From a bacterium (GTDB taxonomy: Bacteria; Krumholzibacteriota; Krumholzibacteriia; G020349025), in contig JANLSU010000073.1 in assembly GCA_031362565.1 (NCBI GenBank), positions 32,001 through 96,000 of the forward strand: DNA of 64,000 nucleotides, read 5' to 3'. A program made the translations under genes and the position numbers. The notes under the pieces are model-generated. The model saw nothing but the letters and a program-made list of their open reading frames with translations. It made no database searches and was not told the origin of the DNA. Below are positions 57,602 through 64,000 of this stretch, piece after piece; the first letter of the stretch is position 1; the number at the start of each line of letters is the position of its first letter.

Positions 57602-59527
57602 ATGCGTGCCCGCCCTCTTGCGATCGCCCTCGTTGTGGCCTGCGCCGGCTTGGGCTCTGCAGGGGCCTTGCCCCAACGCACCCTCGTTGCCCGGCCGTTG
57701 CCGCCCAGCGTGCTGGCTGCAGCCGAGTCCAACGGCGGTCCGCGGCTCACGGCCGAGTCCGCCCGCGCGCTCGCCGATTCACTCCTGGGTGGCGTGAGCG
57801 GCGTGCGCGGATTGAAGAGTCTGCGCCCGGTCCCGGTCGAGGCGCTCGACCGTTCCCACATGCGGGCGCGCCTGGAAGAGATTGCCCGCCAGGACGGCAT
57901 CGAGCCGGCGTTGCGTCAGGAAGAAACGCTGCTGCGCTGGCTCGGGCTCATGCCCGCGGATGCGGATCTCGTGCACCTCTACCATGACTTGCTCGAAGAG
58001 CAAGTCGCGGGGTTCTACGACATCGACCGGCGCGAACTCGTGCTCGCCGACTGGGTTCCCCGCCAGTTGCAAGCCGTCGTGCTCGAGCATGAACTCGTGC
58101 ACGCGCTGCAGGACCAACATTTCAGTTTGCGGGTGCGCAAGCGCTTGGGGTTCGACAATCCCGACGCCGAGGCGGCTTGGCATGCCCTCATCGAGGGTGA
58201 CGCGACCGCGGTCATGGCCGAGATGGAACTCGCGCCGACCGGCGCACATTTCCCGGCGCTCTTGGACAGCGGCACGACGGTGACTCTCGCTTCACCGGCG
58301 GCGCGCGCGGCAGCCGGCGGTTACGACTCGGAGCGCTTTCGCGCCGCTCCGGCCTCGGTGCGCCAAAGTTTGGCCTTTCCGTACGTCAGCGGCATGCGTT
58401 ACGTGGCGGCCCTTTTTCGGACCGGCGGCTGGCCGGCCGTCGATGCGGCCTTCGTGCATCCGCCGGTTTCGACCGAGCAGATCCTGCATCCCGATCGCGT
58501 CGACAACGCCAAGGATTTGCCGGTACGCATCGCGTTGCCCGACCTGACCGGCATGCTGGGTGAAGGCTATCGATTGCTCGGCACTGGTTTTCTGGGTGAG
58601 CAGGATCTGCGTGTTTACTTGGCCCAGTACGTGGATCATGACCTTGCCTCGGTGGCGTGCGATGGATGGGCCGGCTGCGCTTGGGCATTGTATGGCGGTG
58701 ATGCGTCGATCAAACCAGTCTTCGTGCTGTCGTCGACCTGGGATTCCGACGACGACGCGGTCGAGTTCTTTGGCGGAGTCATTGGCACGCTGGAAGCGCG
58801 CTACCCGCAGCAAACCGGCTACACGGACGCCTCGACGCAAGATCAAATCCTCTGGAACGAGGACAAGGACGGCAAGTTCTTGAACGTCCTGCGGGTGCGC
58901 GAAAAACAAGTCCTGTGCGTCGAAATGCTGCCGAGCACCAAATTGCAGCGGGTACTGGGCAAACTCGACACGGCGTCGCAGTTCGACGACCCGGCGCCCG
59001 AGGTGCGGGCGCGCGAGAAGGGGAACCTGCCCTGGAACCGTCTCGTTCGCGCTGTCGGCGCCAGCGCGATGACCCTGCAAATGGATTTGCCGGACGGCTG
59101 GACGCTGCTGCCGGCGGCGCCGGACTCGTCGATCATTCTCGCCGCAACGCGCGGCACCGCGCGCTTGCAATTGCAGATCGACCGCCATGCATCACGCGAA
59201 ATCGGTCTCGACGGCCACGCCCATGCGGTCGCGAGCGCGCTGCAGAAACACGGCCGGGGAATCTACGTGCAGACGGACGTCACCTACCCGCGCAAGGACG
59301 CGCGGATGTATCAACACGTCTTCACGCAATACGAAGGCGAGGAACAATTCGCCTACTACATCGCGGTCCTCGATCTCACCGAGGGCATGGGGACTTTGAC
59401 GATTCGCGGCTCGGCGGAGAAGGATCCGGGCCTCGAACCCCTCTTCTACTCGCTGCTCGAAACGGTGCGCGTGGTACCGGCCGTGGCTTCGGACACGGTG
59501 CTGCCCATTCCGCCGCACGGCAACTGA
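57602..59527 (+). CDS. secreted putative zinc metallopeptidase (HExxH) with C-terminal extension
   Basis: Signal peptide, VAGFYD, HELVHALQDQHF, ALIEGDA, FPY..G, PPVSTEQILHP. Confidence 0.78.
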   Translation: MRARPLAIALVVACAGLGSAGALPQRTLVARPLPPSVLAAAESNGGPRLTAESARALADSLLGGVSGVRGLKSLRPVPVEALDRSHMRARLEEIARQDGIEPALRQEETLLRWLGLMPADADLVHLYHDLLEEQVAGFYDIDRRELVLADWVPRQLQAVVLEHELVHALQDQHFSLRVRKRLGFDNPDAEAAWHALIEGDATAVMAEMELAPTGAHFPALLDSGTTVTLASPAARAAAGGYDSERFRAAPASVRQSLAFPYVSGMRYVAALFRTGGWPAVDAAFVHPPVSTEQILHPDRVDNAKDLPVRIALPDLTGMLGEGYRLLGTGFLGEQDLRVYLAQYVDHDLASVACDGWAGCAWALYGGDASIKPVFVLSSTWDSDDDAVEFFGGVIGTLEARYPQQTGYTDASTQDQILWNEDKDGKFLNVLRVREKQVLCVEMLPSTKLQRVLGKLDTASQFDDPAPEVRAREKGNLPWNRLVRAVGASAMTLQMDLPDGWTLLPAAPDSSIILAATRGTARLQLQIDRHASREIGLDGHAHAVASALQKHGRGIYVQTDVTYPRKDARMYQHVFTQYEGEEQFAYYIAVLDLTEGMGTLTIRGSAEKDPGLEPLFYSLLETVRVVPAVASDTVLPIPPHGN

Positions 59528-61458
59528 GCCCCTGGCGCCGCGGTGGCTTCGTAGCCCGGCCAGGCGCGCAACCGTTTCAGGTTCGGTTCCGTCTTCTGCT
59601 GCAGTTTGTTCATCCGGTGCAGGATGCGATCCAGCAGCCGCATCGCGTCGATCACATGCGGACCTTTGTTGAGCATGACGCATTCGGCGCGCACCGCGGA
59701 AGCCGCGTCGGTGATTTCGGCCCGCGACGGCAAGCCGGTCTTTGTGAGCGACTCGAGAACCTGGGTGGCCCACACCACCGGAACGTGAGCCGCGGCGCAG
59801 ATCCACAGGATCTGTTCCTGGATTTCGGCCAGTGATTCCCAACCACACTGCACCGCCAGGTCGCCGCGCGCGATCATGACACCGACCGCACGATCCTGCA
59901 TGGCCGCCAGGAGCAAGTCGGGCAGGCGCTCGAAGGCCAGGCGGGTTTCGATCTTGAGCAGGATACCGACGTGCTCGGCGTGCAAGGCTCCTAGGCGCGA
60001 TTGCAACTCCAGAACGTCGGCCGGGCTCTGCACCCATGACAACCCGGCGATGTCGGCATGCCCGGCGACGAACGCCAAGTGCTCGACGTCCTGGGGGGTG
60101 AGTGCCGGCAGTTGCAGGTCGCTGTCGGGGAGATTGATGCCGCGATCCGCATGAATTTTGCTTCCGTCCGGATGGGCGTGATGAATGTCGATTTCGACGT
60201 CACCGTCGGCGACCTGGCGCACGGTGCCACCGATCTTGCCGTCATCGATCCAAACCGGCTGGCCGGCGCGGACGCGTTCGAGGGCTGCCGGGAGGGTGCA
60301 CGACACGATCGCCGGCGCAATGACGCGCCCGCTCGCATCGACCTGTGCCGGTGCTGCAACGACGGGCTGCGATGTCAAGACGAGCCGGTCGCCCGGGCGC
60401 ACGACGATGGCGCCCGGGCGCCGTTGAATCCCGTAAGCGTGCGCCCACTCACCGCCGCCGGAACGCCGGCGCCGCGAACTCGTGCGCTGGAATCGCGTTT
60501 CCGGTGTGACGTACGCCGTCCGCGAACAGGAGCCCCAGCAACTGCGTCCATGAGATTCCGTGATGTCGATCGACCGCCGGTCGCCGCGCGCATCCTCGAA
60601 TTCCACGCTGTCACCCGGCCGTAAGGATTCGAGCCAATAGGCCGGCAATCGCAGTGTCGCGTCGGGTTGACGCGGTGCGGGTTCGGGGTGCGGCCAGGGT
60701 GTCAGCCACAAACGTGCCGGCGAGAGCACCCGGCCCAGTTCATCGCGCCGCGGCTTCCAACGCAGGACGGGCGCCGTTTCGCTCACCGGACCGGTGCGTA
60801 TTTTGGGACCGGCAAGATCCATGAGGATTCGGCAGGCGCGTTGCGTGTCGCGCTGCGCGCTGCGTAGGTTGGCAATCATGCCTGTCCACGCCGCCGGGCC
60901 GTCGTGCGCACAATTGATGCGCATGCAGTCCATGCCGCTGGCGAGCAATGCCTGAACGAAGCCGGCATCCTCCGCCGCCTGTGACGGCATGGTCACCATG
61001 ATGCGGCCCTTGCGTCCGCGCGGCGCCGGCCCCAGGAGAGCCTCGGTGCGCGCCGCCAACAGCGCCGGTCCAGCTCCGAACGGCACGACGCGCGACGCGG
61101 TAGGAAAGGGCGGCGGACTGCGGTCCGCGAGGCAGCACAAGACGCGGAGCACTGCCTGCAGGTTGCCCATCACGTGGGACTCTGCACGGCCGAGCGACGA
61201 AACGCCGAGTGACTGCAGGCTCGCCTGCAGCGGGCGAATATCGCCGCTGCGAAGTGCAAGGTAGTGGATAAGATTGCGCGCGCTCGGCACGTGCGCCGTG
61301 GAAACCCGCGCCAGCGAGGGCGCGTGCTCGTCCTCGACTCGCACCAAGCGTTCGGACAATGCGGCAAGCTCCTCGATGAGAACATCGAGGCTGCGGGGCG
61401 GGAACGGGCCGGGCGACACATGGTCGTCCTGCATGCCGGGCGCGGAAATCATGTCCAT
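59446..61458 (-). CDS. pyk: pyruvate kinase, long form (extra N-terminus, enlarged B domain, no C domain)
   Basis: RINCAH, DLAGPKIRT, IDDGKI, GINLP, KIET, IARGDL, ATQVLES, PSRAEITD, ECVML. Start uncertain. Confidence 0.9.
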   Translation of the reverse strand: MDMISAPGMQDDHVSPGPFPPRSLDVLIEELAALSERLVRVEDEHAPSLARVSTAHVPSARNLIHYLALRSGDIRPLQASLQSLGVSSLGRAESHVMGNLQAVLRVLCCLADRSPPPFPTASRVVPFGAGPALLAARTEALLGPAPRGRKGRIMVTMPSQAAEDAGFVQALLASGMDCMRINCAHDGPAAWTGMIANLRSAQRDTQRACRILMDLAGPKIRTGPVSETAPVLRWKPRRDELGRVLSPARLWLTPWPHPEPAPRQPDATLRLPAYWLESLRPGDSVEFEDARGDRRSIDITESHGRSCWGSCSRTAYVTPETRFQRTSSRRRRSGGGEWAHAYGIQRRPGAIVVRPGDRLVLTSQPVVAAPAQVDASGRVIAPAIVSCTLPAALERVRAGQPVWIDDGKIGGTVRQVADGDVEIDIHHAHPDGSKIHADRGINLPDSDLQLPALTPQDVEHLAFVAGHADIAGLSWVQSPADVLELQSRLGALHAEHVGILLKIETRLAFERLPDLLLAAMQDRAVGVMIARGDLAVQCGWESLAEIQEQILWICAAAHVPVVWATQVLESLTKTGLPSRAEITDAASAVRAECVMLNKGPHVIDAMRLLDRILHRMNKLQQKTEPNLKRLRAWPGYEATAAPGAQLPCGGMGSTVSEATAGTTRTVSSSE

Positions 61459-61667
61459 CACTTCATGCGGGGAACCGTCGCGAACGCAAGAAGCGAACGA
61501 ATGTTCTTGAAGCGCAGCGCCACATTTGCACCGCCACCGCGCCCGGCGCAACGGTTTCTTGGCGAGGGAACGCAATCTCAGCGGGATTCACATGTTCTTC
61601 ACATTGCTCACATGGGATGGCCATGCAATCGGGATGTATGCTTCATCCTCGAAGATGGTGGGCAGAA

Positions 61668-63248
61668 CTAGTGTGTGAGGATGTGAAGTTGGCGGTGAAA
61701 CGCGCGCTGGAATCGCTCGGCCAAAACCCGTGGCCGCCAGCCCCCGAGAACTTCAGAGTCGAGGCTGAGCGCCGCATCGGAGAGGCGGAAGCGGACCGCC
61801 AAGGGCAATGCCGGGACGCATCGCCGTTCGATCTCATCGGCCAAACGCAGCAAGATCGCCAGCTTGCGGACCAGTTGGCCGTCCTGTTCGAGAAGCGCGG
61901 CGCGGATCGTTTTCAGGTGGTTGGCCTCGTTGTCGGCTTGCATCAAGGTGGCGAACACCAGCGCGACGGTGCGCGGTGTGAAGCCTTGCAAGTCGGCCGC
62001 CGCCAGAATCATGGCGGCATTCCGGAAGCGGTCGAAGTAGTCGACGCTCCGTCCGATGTCGACCGACGTGCATACGAAGCGCAGCGTTTCGCGGACCTCT
62101 GGGTCGGATTCGGGTGCGAGGATATCCAGCAACCGTTCGGCGATCCGGGTCCGGCGGCGGGCCACCTCGTGGTTGTAAGTCGTGAAGCGCCGCATGAGCG
62201 CGGCAATGGACGCGGCGCGGACTTCGCGAGCTGGCGGCGGACCCTTCCCGAGGGTCGCAAGAGCGATTCCCTCGCGCAAACCCTGGCCGGAGGCCTGCAA
62301 GTGCTTGGCGCCGACGAAATCCATCGCGGCTTGAATCGTCACGAAGCCGCCGACGATCGAATCGGCGCGGTCGCGGCTCAATCCGGGCAGTGCACCGCGC
62401 GCCGCCTGGCCGAGCGCCGCGGTGCGCCGCGCGAGCGCCCGCACTTCGGCGCGCGTCAGGACAAAGCCGTGAATATGCGGCAGCGGATCGCGGCGCAGGC
62501 GCGCTTGCATCTTGGCCAGATTGCGAACGGTGCCGCCGGTGCCGATAAGCGTCTCGTCGTCCAGAAGCTTGGGGATGCCCGCCTTGCGCATGGTCTTCTC
62601 GACGTGGGCCCGCAAATGGCGCAATTCACCAGCGCTAGGTGGGTTCGAACGCAGGAAGCGGTCCGAGACGCGCAAGGCGCCGAGCGGCAGGCTCCACGTC
62701 TCGTGCAGTTTGCGGGCCCGAAACCGCGTCACTTCGAGGCTGCCGCCGCCCAAGTCGAAGAGCAGTCCGTTGTCCGCCGGCAGGCCATGAACGGCACCCA
62801 GGAAGGCGAACGTTGCTTCTCGCATGCCGTCGATGACCACGACCCGCAGCCCCAATTCGAGGCGGGCGCGTTCCACCAGTTCGTCGCCGTTCTTTGCTTC
62901 GCGCGCCGCCGAGGTGGCGACCGTCAGGATACTTGTCGCACCGGCGCCGAGGGCCACGGCGCGAAAATCGCGCAACGCCAACAAGGTGCGCTCCATGGCC
63001 ATCGGGCTGATGCGCCCCGAATGCGCGATCTCCCGCGCCAACCGCAACGGGGCGCGCGAATCCTCCAAAACGTCGAGGTGTCCGCTCGGGTGAATCTGCA
63101 TGACCGTGACGCGGCCGGAGTTCGACCCGATATCGATGACGGCGAGCGGCGGCGGCAGGCGTGGCGCTGCTCGCCGCGCGGTCGGGCGCCGTGGCGCCGC
63201 GCGCCGCGCGGGCTTGGAGGTGCGAGGACGCCGGGATCGGGACGACAC
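61668..63248 (-). CDS. ppx: exopolyphosphatase / Ppx-GppA family
   Basis: IDIGSNS, ATSAAREA.N, DLGGGSLE, GTGGT, RAD.I, GLREG, HD-like C-domain. GTG 63248 chosen for its AAGGAG SD. Confidence 0.93.
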   Translation of the reverse strand: MSSRSRRPRTSKPARRAAPRRPTARRAAPRLPPPLAVIDIGSNSGRVTVMQIHPSGHLDVLEDSRAPLRLAREIAHSGRISPMAMERTLLALRDFRAVALGAGATSILTVATSAAREAKNGDELVERARLELGLRVVVIDGMREATFAFLGAVHGLPADNGLLFDLGGGSLEVTRFRARKLHETWSLPLGALRVSDRFLRSNPPSAGELRHLRAHVEKTMRKAGIPKLLDDETLIGTGGTVRNLAKMQARLRRDPLPHIHGFVLTRAEVRALARRTAALGQAARGALPGLSRDRADSIVGGFVTIQAAMDFVGAKHLQASGQGLREGIALATLGKGPPPAREVRAASIAALMRRFTTYNHEVARRRTRIAERLLDILAPESDPEVRETLRFVCTSVDIGRSVDYFDRFRNAAMILAAADLQGFTPRTVALVFATLMQADNEANHLKTIRAALLEQDGQLVRKLAILLRLADEIERRCVPALPLAVRFRLSDAALSLDSEVLGGWRPRVLAERFQRAFHRQLHILTH

Positions 63249-63433
63249 GCTGCGCGAACTCCTTGCACGATGAACGGCGGCGCTCTGGTCGCACGCCGCG
63301 CGCAGACTAGCACGCCGCGGCACGGAGGGCGAGCGGAGTTCGCATACGCTTGTCACATTGGCGGTCGCTGGCTATCCTGCAACCCTGTCACATCGAGCCG
63401 CGAGTCTCGGTGCGCCACATCCGGAGGCCCCTT

Positions 63434-64000
63434 CTGAAGCGCAAGGTACTCATTGTCGACGACGAATCCGACATCGTGGAATTCGTCCAGTACAATCTCC
63501 GCAAGGAGATGTACGAAACGCTGTCCGCCGCGGACGGCCCCAAAGCACTGCAGATGGCGCGGCAGCACCATCCGGACTTGGTGCTGCTCGACCTCATGAT
63601 TCCCGGGATCGACGGCCTCGAGGTGTGCCGGGCCCTGAAGGCCGGCCGTGACACGGCCCACATCCCGATCATCATGCTGACCGCCAAAGGCGACGAAACG
63701 GATGTCGTCACCGGGCTCGAGATCGGCGCCGACGACTATGTGGCGAAGCCGTTCAGCATGCGGCTCCTGCTGGCACGCATGAAGGCGGTCCTGCGCCGGA
63801 GCGGGCGCTCCGAAGAGCCGGTGTCGGGAACGATGGTCAAGATGCATGGCCTGGCCATCGACAATGACCGTCACGAGGTCACCTTTGGGCCGCACCGGGT
63901 CCCGCTTACCTTGACCGAGTACAAGCTGCTACGTTTTTTGGCCCAGCACCCGGGACGGGTCTTTACACGGACGCAGATCTTGAACAACATCCAGGACGAG
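63434..64000 (+). CDS. OmpR/PhoB-family response regulator (runs off the window end)
   Basis: KVLIVDDE...LLDLMIPGIDG.EVC...IPIIMLTAKG.E.D...GLEIGADDYVAKPFS...LTLTEYKLL...PGRVFTR. Start is GTG 63410 or CTG 63434. Confidence 0.93.
   Translation, partial: MKRKVLIVDDESDIVEFVQYNLRKEMYETLSAADGPKALQMARQHHPDLVLLDLMIPGIDGLEVCRALKAGRDTAHIPIIMLTAKGDETDVVTGLEIGADDYVAKPFSMRLLLARMKAVLRRSGRSEEPVSGTMVKMHGLAIDNDRHEVTFGPHRVPLTLTEYKLLRFLAQHPGRVFTRTQILNNIQDE

Overview
GC-rich bacterial chromosomal window, densely coding, with about 52 supportable CDSs. I found no rRNA, tRNA, integrase, transposase or cas gene. The gene content points to an FCB-superphylum lineage such as Krumholzibacteriota, Eisenbacteria or Latescibacterota (inference only). 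The clues are a T9SS/FlgD-like C-terminal domain, a C-terminal 'SWGRVKGMYR' tail, futalosine-type menaquinone genes and a Bacteroidota-like Ton cluster. Main content: a CIRCE-controlled groEL with no groES; a DEAD-box helicase; menaquinone genes in two loci (ubiD-menG and ubiX-ubiA-mqnA); many exported or membrane peptidases (S9, CPBP, S41, M16, M49, HExxH); an MbnP-MbnH-like pair; an SdpR/SdpI-like module; a LiaF-like/LytS/LytTR module; an exbB-exbD-exbD-tonB-PstS-like-TPR-TBDR-secreted beta-helix cluster; a long-form pyruvate kinase; ppx; and a truncated PhoB-like regulator. The most striking unexplained structure is the 15814-16197 intergenic region. It holds three 13-nt direct repeats at an exact 43-nt period with unique 30-nt spacers, an orphan minus-strand intrinsic terminator implying an unannotated small RNA, and a sigma-54-like promoter ahead of an internally duplicated 1140-aa CPBP protease. 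All family assignments come from motif recognition by eye, not database searches. Several start codons were re-chosen from the ORF track using SD and signal-peptide logic.
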